From an uncultured Treponema sp. (GTDB lineage Bacteria; Spirochaetota; Spirochaetia; Treponematales; Treponemataceae): a DNA stretch of 64,000 nucleotides. Positions 1-9,371 of the stretch are shown in pieces. The translations under genes and the position numbers were made by a program. Within the stretch, counting starts at the first letter, position 1, and each line of letters begins with the position of its first letter. Below the pieces are notes generated by a model. It was not told where the DNA came from. It saw nothing but the letters and a program-made list of their open reading frames with translations, and did not search any database. Location of the stretch: contig CAJPNP010000012.1 of the NCBI GenBank assembly GCA_905372025.1, forward strand, positions 946 to 64,945, in the 5' to 3' direction.

Positions 1-622
1 CCAAATGCTGGGCGGCCAACAAATCGGCAATTTTTTGCGTTCCTTTTTTTTCAAGCTCGGGAGTAAACATTTTTTTGCACGATTCGGCTAACAAAAAGGC
101 CGCGCCGTGCGCATCGAAAAGCCCCGTGTTCAGCACCGCATGAAAATGCACGGGATCCTCAACCGAAAGATTAAAAAAGCTTTTATGAAATCCGATGCGG
201 TTTGCATCGCTTTCTTCAATACGCTGGACGGCTTGTTTTGCGTCCCAACCGAATTCGTCCATAAGCCGCTTAACGCGCACGGAATCCGCTGCGACAAAAC
301 GGACCGCCAAAAGGTTCGGCACATTTTCAAGCACGGCAAAAGCGCCGCGCCCGATCAAAATGCAGTTTCCCTGCGCCGCCGCTTCCAAAATCGCCGTTTG
401 AAGATAATCCAAATACTCGTCGCGATCCTTTGCAAGCGACGAAAAAAAACCGGGCTTTTTTTCGTCGTATTTTTCAAGCTTTTCGGCGGGAAAACCCAGA
501 GAGATAATCTTGCTTTCGATGCTCTTCCGATCGACAAACGTGTAGTTCAACAGCGAAGCCAACTCCGTCGCTATCTCGTCGCCGTAAGCCGCAACCTGTC
601 TGGAAATCGCAATAACCGCCAT
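1..622 (-). CDS. Cytidylate kinase-like family protein (3' end outside window)
   Basis: Not in the ORF track. Manual translation from ATG at 622 (GGAGG SD upstream): MAVIAISRQVAAYGDEIATELA...GNCILIGRGA...DANRIGFHKSFF...LNTG, typical of the Cytidylate_kin2-like family. Open to the window edge. Confidence 0.8.
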   Translation of the reverse strand, partial: MAVIAISRQVAAYGDEIATELASLLNYTFVDRKSIESKIISLGFPAEKLEKYDEKKPGFFSSLAKDRDEYLDYLQTAILEAAAQGNCILIGRGAFAVLENVPNLLAVRFVAADSVRVKRLMDEFGWDAKQAVQRIEESDANRIGFHKSFFNLSVEDPVHFHAVLNTGLFDAHGAAFLLAESCKKMFTPELEKKGTQKIADLLAAQHL

Positions 623-754
623 GTTTTCCTCCGAAAAATTTCGTTTTCTATCCGCCGGTTTTCACCGTCCCTTTACTAAAAAGCACGCTTGTTTTATGCT
701 GTATACAGCATAAAGCGAAAAACCGAACTTGTCAAAGGGGATTTTAGTAATTTT

Positions 755-1378
755 ATGAATGACATGCATTTCGAACGGCGCGGAAGCCGAAGCATAAACT
801 GGATGGCGGCGGAAAAAAAACTTCTATATAGAACGCCTGTTTTAACACTAAACGCTCAAAGCGCCCTTTCTCCCGAAGGCACCGAAAAGGATTTTATCAC
901 CGTCGATGCGCGGAGCTGGGTTATAACGGTTCCTTTATTAAAAAAAGAACAGGCGGAAAAGGCGGCCGGAATAAAGGAGCCTTGCTTTTTGCTTGTGGAA
1001 CAGTGGCGAGCCGGAGCCCAAGAACTCAGTACGGAATTTCCCGGCGGCGTTATAAACGATGGCGAAAAACCGGAAAAAGCGGCGGTACGCGAACTTTTGG
1101 AAGAAACGGGTTTTAAAGCGCTTAAGTGTACGCCGCTCGGCGCAATGAATCCGAACCCGGCGCTGTTTTGCAATAAGGTGTATTTTTTTGCGGCGGAAAA
1201 TCTTACCGATACGCGGCACACGCACCCGGACGAAGACGAGTTTTTAAAACCGCTCATCGTTCCCGTCGCAGAAGTGTTAAAAAAAATGGGGCAGCCGCCG
1301 TACATTCATGCGCTTACGGCAGCCGCCCTTTGCTTATATAATAACCGTTTGTCCGATCAGTTTTTTGGACTTTGCTGA
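755..1378 (+). CDS. NUDIX hydrolase (ADP-ribose pyrophosphatase-like)
   Basis: Nudix box EFPGGVINDGEKPEKAAVRELLEETG; QWR motif upstream; ATG at 755 chosen over TTG at 689. Confidence 0.88.
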   Translation: MNDMHFERRGSRSINWMAAEKKLLYRTPVLTLNAQSALSPEGTEKDFITVDARSWVITVPLLKKEQAEKAAGIKEPCFLLVEQWRAGAQELSTEFPGGVINDGEKPEKAAVRELLEETGFKALKCTPLGAMNPNPALFCNKVYFFAAENLTDTRHTHPDEDEFLKPLIVPVAEVLKKMGQPPYIHALTAAALCLYNNRLSDQFFGLC

Positions 1379-2133
1379 CCGTACCCGCCGCTTCCCGTGC
1401 CCGTCGCAGCGGAAGCTCCCGCTTCGCCGGCCGTTCTCTGCGAACCGTAGGTATCGTACTTTATCGACGGGGAATAGACGCCGTCGCGGAATTCACCGTT
1501 CAAACTGGGAATAGTGATTTTCATACCGGGGTAAATAAGGTCGGCATTGGACGGATCTCGCATGCCGGCTTTATTTGCCTGATACAGGTTTTCCCACAAC
1601 AGGGGATTATTGTATACATAGGATTTTCCCGAAATATTCCAATAGCAGTCCTTCGATTGCGCCCACGGCGTTACGACATAGTATTTCGGAAGCGGCAACA
1701 CTTCTTTAATACCCTGAAGCGCGTTTAAGCATTCTTCAGCATACAAGGTAGCCGTCGCCCAGTTTTCCATACCGTAGGCTAAAACGGCATTGTCCAAAGC
1801 TTTTTGCCCCGCGGCAAAGGCCATCGGATAATACGTTTCGGCTTTCAGGTTTTTCGCGTACAAAACTCTGTTGCGGGCATACATAATGCGCGTATTCGCT
1901 TCGTATTTCGCAAGCATTTCGGCAACGTACGCATCCGACAACTCCGCGTTTTCTTCGGCTAAAGCGGAATATTCAACCGCCTTATCGTAGTCGCCTTCAT
2001 CGAAGGCTTTTTCCGACTTGGCTTTATATTCTTTTGCCAATCTTTGATACTGATTGTCGGCATAGCTTGCCGCCGAAAGACTGAAGGCAACCGCGCCGAG
2101 CAAACATAAAACAATCAAAATCGTTTTTTTCAT
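1357..2133 (-). CDS. Exported LysM-like peptidoglycan-binding protein, TmpB-like
   Basis: Signal peptide; helical N-terminal half; YYVV...DCYWNISGKSYVYNNPLLWENLYQANK...LIYPGMKITIP; 1-bp TAATG overlap with the upstream lipoprotein, as in treponemal tmpA-tmpB. Confidence 0.75.
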   Translation of the reverse strand: MKKTILIVLCLLGAVAFSLSAASYADNQYQRLAKEYKAKSEKAFDEGDYDKAVEYSALAEENAELSDAYVAEMLAKYEANTRIMYARNRVLYAKNLKAETYYPMAFAAGQKALDNAVLAYGMENWATATLYAEECLNALQGIKEVLPLPKYYVVTPWAQSKDCYWNISGKSYVYNNPLLWENLYQANKAGMRDPSNADLIYPGMKITIPSLNGEFRDGVYSPSIKYDTYGSQRTAGEAGASAATGTGSGGYGQQSPKN

Positions 2134-3071
2134 TATTGAGCCTCCTGTGCGGACGAAGCGTTATCAACCGGAGCAAGCGCTTCAACCTGATCGACGGGAA
2201 CCGTGTTGTCCGCTTTTTCGGCAACGGCGTCGGCTTCTTCAACGCGGCGTTTTGCGCGTTCCATCGCGTTTTCGGCAGCCGCGCGTTTTTTAAGTACAGC
2301 CTGATACACCTTATCGAGCGCGCCGTAAGCCGAGATATAATCGTTATACGCTTTTTCGGCTTGACCGGATTGCAGCTCTTGGTTTGCCCTCGTATAAAAA
2401 GCAACGGCGTTCGCATAACCGTCTTTATCGGCAACGCCGGTTTTTATCGCATCGGCTTTTTGTTTAAGCTCGAGTACTTTGTCGCGCTCTTTTTCGGCCA
2501 AAGATTTATACCCCGCATTCAAAACAGCGTTGTATTTATCGGCGGCGCTTTTCATTTGCGCATATAAATCTTTTCCGGCAGCGCCTTCATTGAACATTTG
2601 CCCGGCCTTTGTAAACGCCTGTTCGGCCGCATCGTAACTCGCGCGGTCGGAATCCGCAAAGTTCATGTCGTTCACTTTTTTGCGGGTGCTGTACGCCACC
2701 GAAGCCTGTTCGAGTGCGTTGTACTGATAGACGATATCGGAAGCTTTCCGGTTAAAATCGTCAGGAGAACCGCCGGCATCATACACGCTCCGGGCTTCCG
2801 CTGCGGCCGTATCCACAACAGTCAATTCGTCCGGAAAATAACGGGACGCTCCGGCATCCACTGCTTTTTTGCGTGCAGCAGACATTTGCGTTTTCAATTT
2901 TTCCGCGGCGCTCTTTACATCGGTGCCGCTTTGCACAACTTCCGTATTATCGGATGTTTGAACGGGCGTTTCATCCGCCGGCTTCGTATCCTTCGGCGGC
3001 GTTTTACAGCCCGCCAAAAACAAAGCGAAAAGGCAGTATAGGCACAAGCCTGAAACCATCCATTTTTTCAT
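2133..3071 (-). CDS. Alanine-rich helical lipoprotein, TmpA-like
   Basis: Lipobox FLAGC; long Ala/Lys/Glu helical body; translationally coupled to the LysM gene. Confidence 0.7.
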   Translation of the reverse strand: MKKWMVSGLCLYCLFALFLAGCKTPPKDTKPADETPVQTSDNTEVVQSGTDVKSAAEKLKTQMSAARKKAVDAGASRYFPDELTVVDTAAAEARSVYDAGGSPDDFNRKASDIVYQYNALEQASVAYSTRKKVNDMNFADSDRASYDAAEQAFTKAGQMFNEGAAGKDLYAQMKSAADKYNAVLNAGYKSLAEKERDKVLELKQKADAIKTGVADKDGYANAVAFYTRANQELQSGQAEKAYNDYISAYGALDKVYQAVLKKRAAAENAMERAKRRVEEADAVAEKADNTVPVDQVEALAPVDNASSAQEAQ

Positions 3072-3245
3072 AAATTCCCCCTAAATAAACGGGTTTGTAT
3101 ACAAACCCGGCCTAAGACGAAGAGCAATCCGATAAACGGAAAACCTCTGGTAAATAGTATACAATATTTTTTCATTAAAAACAACTTTATTTACCGCTTT
3201 TTCGAAAAAAAACGCATACTCCCGATTTTTTAAATTTCTTTTAAG

Positions 3246-3277
3246 TTGACGGAACAACCCGTTTTTTTGTATATTAT
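3246..3277 (+). promoter_or_regulatory. Probable sigma70 promoter of groES
   Basis: TTGACG-18 nt-TATATT upstream of a GGAGG SD; no CIRCE element seen. Confidence 0.5.
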
Positions 3278-3311
3278 GGGGAGCATTGATTATTTCTTTT
3301 GGAGGATTAAA

Positions 3312-3578
3312 ATGAAGGTTAAACCCTTAGCGGATCGCGTTCTGGTAAAAACCGAAAAAACCGAATCAAAAACCGCCGGCGGAATTATTATTCCCGACAC
3401 GGCACAGGAAAAAACTCAAATCGCCGTTGTAATTGCAGTCGGAACTGATAAAGAAAAGATTACAGTCCAGCCCAAACAGCGGGTTATGTACGACAAATAC
3501 GCCGGCACTCAAATTAAAATCGACGGCGAAGACCACCTTATTCTTAAAGCCGAAGACATCATCGCCGTAATCGAATAA
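3312..3578 (+). CDS. groES: Co-chaperonin GroES
   Basis: MKVKPLADRVLVK...KTAGGIIIPDTAQEK...KYAGTQIKIDGEDHLILKAEDIIAVIE; SD GGAGG; no adjacent groEL. Confidence 0.97.
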   Translation: MKVKPLADRVLVKTEKTESKTAGGIIIPDTAQEKTQIAVVIAVGTDKEKITVQPKQRVMYDKYAGTQIKIDGEDHLILKAEDIIAVIE

Positions 3579-3842
3579 ACGGCATAGAGGAATCGAAAGG
3601 CTGCCGTTACCGATAACGACGGCTTTTCGATGCTCCGGATTCTGTACCCCCCCCGCCGCGTATGTTACGGGCGGCCCGGTTTACGCTCCCGCGAAAACCG
3701 TCAGGCTTTTCGGGGTTCCGCTGCCGCTCCATTCCTTCGGAACGGCTGCGCCGCCCCTCCAATCCCTGCCGCATTAAATCAAACCTTTTTTCCCAAACAT
3801 CCGTTTATTTTTCAACCGCACTTTAATCCGCCGGCCGCTTGT

Positions 3843-5681
3843 TTAGTCCGCTGCGGAATCCAATTGTTTAAGCATAAAGCGCGAACGGCTGTGAGCCGGA
3901 TCCAGGGCCAGAGCTTGATTAAGCGACAAAACGGCGCTGCGGTTTTCCTTTTGCTCGCGCTGGATGACGGCGATTTTATAATATATTTCCGCTTGCAGTT
4001 TTTTATCGATTCGGTCATCTTCAAGAATATTTCTGTACAGGGCGAGCGCTTGTACGCGCCGACTCGAACCGTTATACAAAAGCGCAAGATTAAGCCGTGC
4101 GCTTTCGCCCGGTTTTATATTTTTATTGTTCATCGCAGCGGTTAAAATATCTTCCGCGCGCGCATACCGGCCCTGCTTAAAAGCTATATAAGAGCCTATG
4201 TCGTATTCCCATTCTTCTTTAAACGGTACAATCCGTTCTTTCGGCACAACCTGTTCGTTTTTGCCTTCGGATGCGGGAACGGAACCGTCCGTTTCCGGCG
4301 CATAGCGGGAAGCGCACCATACATCGAAAAGCTCGCCAGCTTCGCCGACCATATCGTACCGGCACAAATTCCACAAAGCGAACCTGACCGTAAGCGGATC
4401 GTATCCGGCGCTCGCGCTTGCGTTCAGTCCCGCACTTGGGTCCATAGCGGCGCCTGCATTTCCCCGCCGCTCAAGCAGAGCCCAAATATCGGCGGCTTTT
4501 TTGCGCGCATCCGAGGCGGAGCCGGCCGACAGCCCCTGCCCCGGTGCGCTTTCCCGCACACGCCACTGCAGCTTCAGTTTTTCCAAAGCAAGGGAGGCAT
4601 CGTCTGTGCGCGCAAGGCTTTCGTTCATACGGGCCAAAGCCTCTTCGGGAGCAACGCGGGGAAGCTCGTCGTCAAGTTCCATGCTCAGCGTTTTTATGCC
4701 TTTTTCCCGCAGCACGTTCGAAAAAATATGCTCCTTTGTCTGCGGCGGCGTGTACACGGAAAAACGGCCGTATGCGGCCAAACCGGGAACATAATCGGGA
4801 AAGCGCCGGACGAGCGACGACAAAAACAAGTACGCATAGCCCATACTGCCGGATTTTAAGGCGGCACGCGAAGCGTTGTACCACGACGCGGGATTCGAAG
4901 AGGGAAAGCGTTCGGTCGAATCGATCCATACGAGCACGGCACCCCGTTCGTCGCCGGCATGCAAAAGCGCATCCGAAGCGAGCGAACTTAATTCAGGCGA
5001 AGGTTTTGCAAAACTGACGTCTTCGGCGCACTGAACAAAATTCCCCGAATCAAACGAAACGCGCGCCCAAAATTCGGGATAGTCGTATACGGACATCGTT
5101 TTCGGATGAAGGCGGAACGCGGCCTGCATGTCGCCCTGCAAAGCGTAAATGACAGCCGCATTGCGGATATACGCGCCGTTGCCAGTCGTAAGCGCCGAAT
5201 CGATATAAGCTTGAATATAAGAAGGCGATAAAAAATCGGGAGGATTTTTTTCCGAACCTGCAGTCCGGAAGCGCAGTTCGGCATACAGAGAACCGTACCT
5301 TCCGCCTTCGAGTTTCGGCGCGTATTTTGCGGCATCTTCGTAACGCTTGAGCGACAAAAGAAAATGAGCGTACACCGCCAAAAGTTCCTGACTGTCGGGA
5401 AAAACAGACAAACCTTTGCGCATGTACTTTTCGGCAAAATCATTTTTATCCAAAAGCAGGGCGCGCCGTATAAGGCTTAAATAGTCGCGCGGGGAACGCA
5501 CGTATTTTTTGTTTTTTTTAAGCAAGCGCCACGCACCGCCGTAATCTTCGGCACTGATAAAGGCGTCGATAACTTCAAGCTTTTCGGCAAAAATTCCTGA
5601 AGAAGACCCCGAAGAGCATGAGGGAACAAAACATAAAACGCAGATTACAAGACAGCAAAGCGCCGCCGTAAAAGCTTTCAT
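3843..5681 (-). CDS. TPR-repeat protein, probable lipoprotein
   Basis: Hydrophobic N-terminus ending VPSC; C-terminal TPRs (AEIYYKIAVIQRE...AVLSLNQALALDP). Confidence 0.75.
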   Translation of the reverse strand: MKAFTAALCCLVICVLCFVPSCSSGSSSGIFAEKLEVIDAFISAEDYGGAWRLLKKNKKYVRSPRDYLSLIRRALLLDKNDFAEKYMRKGLSVFPDSQELLAVYAHFLLSLKRYEDAAKYAPKLEGGRYGSLYAELRFRTAGSEKNPPDFLSPSYIQAYIDSALTTGNGAYIRNAAVIYALQGDMQAAFRLHPKTMSVYDYPEFWARVSFDSGNFVQCAEDVSFAKPSPELSSLASDALLHAGDERGAVLVWIDSTERFPSSNPASWYNASRAALKSGSMGYAYLFLSSLVRRFPDYVPGLAAYGRFSVYTPPQTKEHIFSNVLREKGIKTLSMELDDELPRVAPEEALARMNESLARTDDASLALEKLKLQWRVRESAPGQGLSAGSASDARKKAADIWALLERRGNAGAAMDPSAGLNASASAGYDPLTVRFALWNLCRYDMVGEAGELFDVWCASRYAPETDGSVPASEGKNEQVVPKERIVPFKEEWEYDIGSYIAFKQGRYARAEDILTAAMNNKNIKPGESARLNLALLYNGSSRRVQALALYRNILEDDRIDKKLQAEIYYKIAVIQREQKENRSAVLSLNQALALDPAHSRSRFMLKQLDSAAD

Positions 5682-6109
5682 CGATTTTGAGCTTCTTTTT
5701 CGATAGCGGGTTTTACGGCGCCCAAAACGCCGTTGACAAAACGATAGGCTTCGCCGGCGCCGAATTCGCGGGAAATATCGACCGCCTCGTCTATAACGAT
5801 TGAAGCGGGTATGTCTTTTTGAAACATCAGCGAATAAACGCTCATGCGCAAAACGGCCAAATCGACCTTATTGAGGCGCCCGATTTCCCAATTAACCAAG
5901 TGGCGCGAAATCATGTCGTCTATTTGCGGCAAATGCTCGAGCGTTCCGCTTATAATAAGGCGGGCAAAAGCTTTTCCGTCTTCGCCCATCCGTTCAAGCT
6001 GAGAAGCGGACGCCCAAGAAAAATCAAGTAAGGTTTGTTCATCCGTCGAACCGGAATCCCACGCGTACAGCGCTTGAAAGGCTAAAATCCGGCTTTTGCG
6101 CCTCGCCAT
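5678..6109 (-). CDS. nusB: Transcription antitermination factor NusB
   Basis: RRKSRILAFQALY...WEIGRLNKVDLAVLR...IDEAVDISREFG...FVNGVL. Confidence 0.96.
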   Translation of the reverse strand: MARRKSRILAFQALYAWDSGSTDEQTLLDFSWASASQLERMGEDGKAFARLIISGTLEHLPQIDDMISRHLVNWEIGRLNKVDLAVLRMSVYSLMFQKDIPASIVIDEAVDISREFGAGEAYRFVNGVLGAVKPAIEKEAQNR

Positions 6110-6139
6110 TTTTACCGTCGCTCCATCGGCTGTATCGGA

Positions 6140-7219
6140 TTACCAATCCAAAAGCTTATTCAGCGCTTCGCCGTTTTTAAGCATTTGATAATTTTCGGGA
6201 GTACGCAGCGATTTTGTAACTTCTTCAACCGCGGCGGCAAATGCGGATGCTTCTTTTTGACGGCCGAGCTGCTCTTTTATATACTCGTATACGGTAGTCG
6301 CGGTATCGGGCTGCACTTCGTCGCCAAGGGCAAGGATTTTCGCGCCGTATTTTTCCTGCACGGTATAAAACTGATAGTCGGTAGGCGTTTCGCTTATGTC
6401 CGACATAAAGCCGACGTTTTGCGAAAACAGTTTGAGAAGCGCCGCGTCGTCCAAGCCGAGCTGCTGAGCCGCAAGGGTTCCCTTGCTTATGTACATATCG
6501 CCGGCTTGAAAGCCCGAATTGTCGAGTTTGCTTTTAACCTTCAGCTGGGCATAATTCGCCTTTTTGCTTTTTACTTCGGTATACAAAGAATCGGCAAGTT
6601 TTTTTGCCGCGGCGGCATCTTTCGATTTGGGCACGACGACCATAAAAAGTTTTAATATGTCGTTTTGCACAAAGCTCGATCGGTTGATTTCGTAAAACGA
6701 ACGGATTTCGGCGTCGGTTACCGCCGTGTTTTGTAACTCATTCCGTTTAAGCGACACCACATAGCGCTGTGCAAGAAGCTGCGTTTTAAGGAAATTTTTA
6801 TATTCCGTCAGATTCATGCCGATTTGAGAAAAGAAATAATCGTCCAACGACAAACCGCTTTGGCTTTTTACAAGCGCGGCAAATTCCTGTTCCGTTATCG
6901 AGCGGCCGACCATCGCAGAAATAGAATTCAAAAAATAATCGTTCACTTCGGAATCGGTAACGGAAATACCCGTTTTTTGAGCAGCCTGCAATGCAAGCCG
7001 TTCGTCAATCATTGCGTCGAGAATCTGTTTTTTTTGCTCGACGGTAAACGAAGTTCCGCCCGCCTGTTTTTGATAAGCGGCAACACGATTTTTCAGCTGT
7101 TTGAGCGTAATCGATTCCGTTTTGTGCAGTTTTATCGTAACGAGCGGCTGCAAATCGCTTTGAGCCGACGCCAAAAAAGCCGTACTCAACAGTACAAAAA
7201 ACACTACTAACCGTTTCAT
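6140..7219 (-). CDS. SurA N-terminal domain / PPIase-like periplasmic chaperone
   Basis: Signal peptide; KKQILDAMIDERLALQAAQKTGISVTDSEV is a SurA-N signature. Confidence 0.75.
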   Translation of the reverse strand: MKRLVVFFVLLSTAFLASAQSDLQPLVTIKLHKTESITLKQLKNRVAAYQKQAGGTSFTVEQKKQILDAMIDERLALQAAQKTGISVTDSEVNDYFLNSISAMVGRSITEQEFAALVKSQSGLSLDDYFFSQIGMNLTEYKNFLKTQLLAQRYVVSLKRNELQNTAVTDAEIRSFYEINRSSFVQNDILKLFMVVVPKSKDAAAAKKLADSLYTEVKSKKANYAQLKVKSKLDNSGFQAGDMYISKGTLAAQQLGLDDAALLKLFSQNVGFMSDISETPTDYQFYTVQEKYGAKILALGDEVQPDTATTVYEYIKEQLGRQKEASAFAAAVEEVTKSLRTPENYQMLKNGEALNKLLDW

Positions 7220-7329
7220 ATCCTTTCCTCAACAAAACAATAGTATAACATATAACAACCGGAACGTACCGGCGTTACAGTACAAACCGAATTTGCTTAA
7301 TTCAAACGCACTCGAAGTGCGCGAGCGGC

Positions 7330-9123
7330 TCAGTCCAGAATAACAGCTCGAATTCGGCGCACACCTGCCGAAGACGACTGCTCTTTTTGTATTTTAAACG
7401 TGCCGATGGTACCGGTGTGCTCCACGTGCGGCCCGCCGCACACTTCCGTGGAAAAATCGCCGATTGAATACACTTTTACCTTTGATTCGTATTTTTCGCC
7501 GAAAAGCGCGCGCGCTCCGGCTTTTTTCGCATCTTCCAAATCCATAATTTTAATCGTAACGGGAAGATCGCGCTTGATTTGCTCGTTTACCATATTTTCG
7601 ACAGCGGCGATTTCTTCCTTTGTCATGGGCGCCGGGTGCGAAAAGTCGAACCTCATGCGCTCGGCGGTAATATTCGACCCTTTTTGCATAACATGCGGCC
7701 CCAGCACGCGCACGAGGGCTTCCTGCAATAAGTGCGTGCACGTGTGATACTTTGTCGTAATTTCGGAATGGTCGGCTAAACCGCCTTTAAACACCTGACC
7801 GCTCGTCGAACGCGACAAATCCTGGTGTTTTTTAAACGCTTCGATGAATTCTTCCTTATTAACCTTCATGCCGTGTTCGCCGGCCAGCTCTTCGGTTAAT
7901 TCGACCGGAAAGCCGAAGGTATCGTAGAGGCGGAACGCAACGCGGCCGGGAATAATCTTTGCGGGATTTTTCATTAAATTCGGCAAAAGCTTTTCGAATT
8001 CGGCTTCGCCTTTTTTGAGCGTTTCAAGGAATTTTTCCTCTTCGCGCAAAAGCTCATCCAATATAAGCTGCCGTTTTTCTTCAAGTTCGGGGTACGCGCC
8101 TTTAAAGTTGTCGATAACGACTTGGGCGGGGACGCCTAAAAAGGCTTTTTCCAAACCGAGTTTTTTGCCGTGGCGCACCGAGCGGCGAATAAGGCGGCGC
8201 AGCACATAGCCTGCACCCACATTCGACGGCAGCACGCCCTTCGGATCGCCGATAATAAAAACGGCCGCGCGGGTGTGATCGCAGATAATGCGGATAGACG
8301 CGTCGTCGGCTTCGTTTTCGCCGTATTTTTTGCCGGTAAGTTTTTCGATTGAATGAATAATGGGCTGAAACACTTCCGTATCGTACACGGATTTTTTGCC
8401 CTGCAACATGGCGACCGTACGCTCGATTCCCATACCGGTATCGACACAGCGGCGGCTCAATTTGTTGTATTTTCCGTCTTTGTCTTTATTGTATTCCATA
8501 AAGACATCGTTCCATATTTCGACATATTTGCCGCATGAGCAGGCGCCCGGAGCGCAGTGATCGGAACAGGGGGCTTTGCCCGTATCGTAAAACATTTCCG
8601 TATCGGGGCCGCAGGGACCGGTTTCGCCGGCGGGACCCCACCAGTTATCGCTGCGCGGCAAAAAGTGCACGCGTTCTTTAGGGATACCCAGCGACATCCA
8701 TATCGAAGCCGATTCGTCGTCGCGCGGCACATCTTCATCGCCTGCAAAAACGGTAACCGACAGTTTATCGACGGGAATATTCAGCCACTGCTTGCCCGTT
8801 AAAAATTCAAAACTCCAGCTTATCGCTTCTTTTTTAAAATAATCGCCGAGCGACCAGTTGCCGAGCATTTCAAAACAGGTAAGATGGCTTGAATCCCCTA
8901 CCGAATCGATATCGCCCGTGCGGATGCATTTTTGATAATCGCACAGCCGCGTTCCCGAAGGGTGCGGTTCGCCCATCAAATAGGGCACCAGCGGGTGCAT
9001 ACCAGCAGTCGTAAACAACACGGTCGGATCGTTTTCGGGGATAACCGATTTGCCCGAAATTTCGGCATGTCCCTTACTCTTAAAAAATTCTATATATTTG
9101 GAGCGCAATTCGTTTGCAGTCAT
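7330..9123 (-). CDS. alaS: Alanine--tRNA ligase (short form lacking the C-Ala domain)
   Basis: MTANELRSKYIEFF...DPTVLFTTAGM...QKCIR; editing motifs HTCTH and EVCGGPHV; ends GVRRIRAVILD. True start is the ATG at 9123. Confidence 0.97.
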   Translation of the reverse strand: MTANELRSKYIEFFKSKGHAEISGKSVIPENDPTVLFTTAGMHPLVPYLMGEPHPSGTRLCDYQKCIRTGDIDSVGDSSHLTCFEMLGNWSLGDYFKKEAISWSFEFLTGKQWLNIPVDKLSVTVFAGDEDVPRDDESASIWMSLGIPKERVHFLPRSDNWWGPAGETGPCGPDTEMFYDTGKAPCSDHCAPGACSCGKYVEIWNDVFMEYNKDKDGKYNKLSRRCVDTGMGIERTVAMLQGKKSVYDTEVFQPIIHSIEKLTGKKYGENEADDASIRIICDHTRAAVFIIGDPKGVLPSNVGAGYVLRRLIRRSVRHGKKLGLEKAFLGVPAQVVIDNFKGAYPELEEKRQLILDELLREEEKFLETLKKGEAEFEKLLPNLMKNPAKIIPGRVAFRLYDTFGFPVELTEELAGEHGMKVNKEEFIEAFKKHQDLSRSTSGQVFKGGLADHSEITTKYHTCTHLLQEALVRVLGPHVMQKGSNITAERMRFDFSHPAPMTKEEIAAVENMVNEQIKRDLPVTIKIMDLEDAKKAGARALFGEKYESKVKVYSIGDFSTEVCGGPHVEHTGTIGTFKIQKEQSSSAGVRRIRAVILD

Positions 9124-9130
9124 AGGGTAT

Positions 9131-9159
9131 ATAATAGCTAAGCGGTATATAAAAGTCAA
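9131..9159 (-). promoter_or_regulatory. sigma70 promoter of alaS, probably leaderless
   Basis: Minus strand TTGACT-17 nt-TATTAT-7 nt-ATG, no SD. Confidence 0.65.
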
Positions 9160-9172
9160 TATTCGGAAAAAG

Positions 9173-9367
9173 TCATGCGGAGAAAGAGGCCCCGCGAGAA
9201 CGCACCGTTTCTTCCATTTTGCCGAAAATAACCCAGCACAGGGCTGCAACGAACAGCGAAACGATAATCCATATCGTCAGCGACAGTTCTTTCGGCTCTT
9301 TATACAACAATATTTCCTGACTGTATTCAAGTCTGTCTAAGGTATACAGCTCTACGGGTTCTTTCAT
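9173..9367 (-). pseudogene. 5' fragment of an HlyD/bacteriocin secretion accessory protein gene (copy 1)
   Basis: MKEPVELYTLDRLEYSQEILLYKEPKELSLTIWIIVSLFVAALCWVIFGKMEETVRSRG: SxE-LL-xxxP, one TM helix, then K-x-E-x-V-xxxG, typical of MFP N-termini. Truncated after about 60 aa. Confidence 0.7.
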
Positions 9368-9371
9368 ACAA
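9202..9371. repeat. 170-bp direct repeat B, copy 1 (HlyD-like 5' end plus upstream stop codon)
   Basis: Identical by eye to 13443..13612. Confidence 0.95.

Noticed and set aside
107..679. 190-aa plus-strand ORF
   Set aside because: Shadow of the minus-strand cytidylate kinase-like gene, which has an SD and recognisable motifs.
3180..3311. CIRCE/HrcA operator upstream of groES or hsp20
   Set aside because: No TTAGCACTC-N9-GAGTGCTAA match; the hsp20 motif fits sigma54 instead.
7330..9123. Short AlaRS lacking the C-terminal domain as a truncation
   Set aside because: Aminoacylation and editing motifs are intact, and the short form is known in spirochetes.
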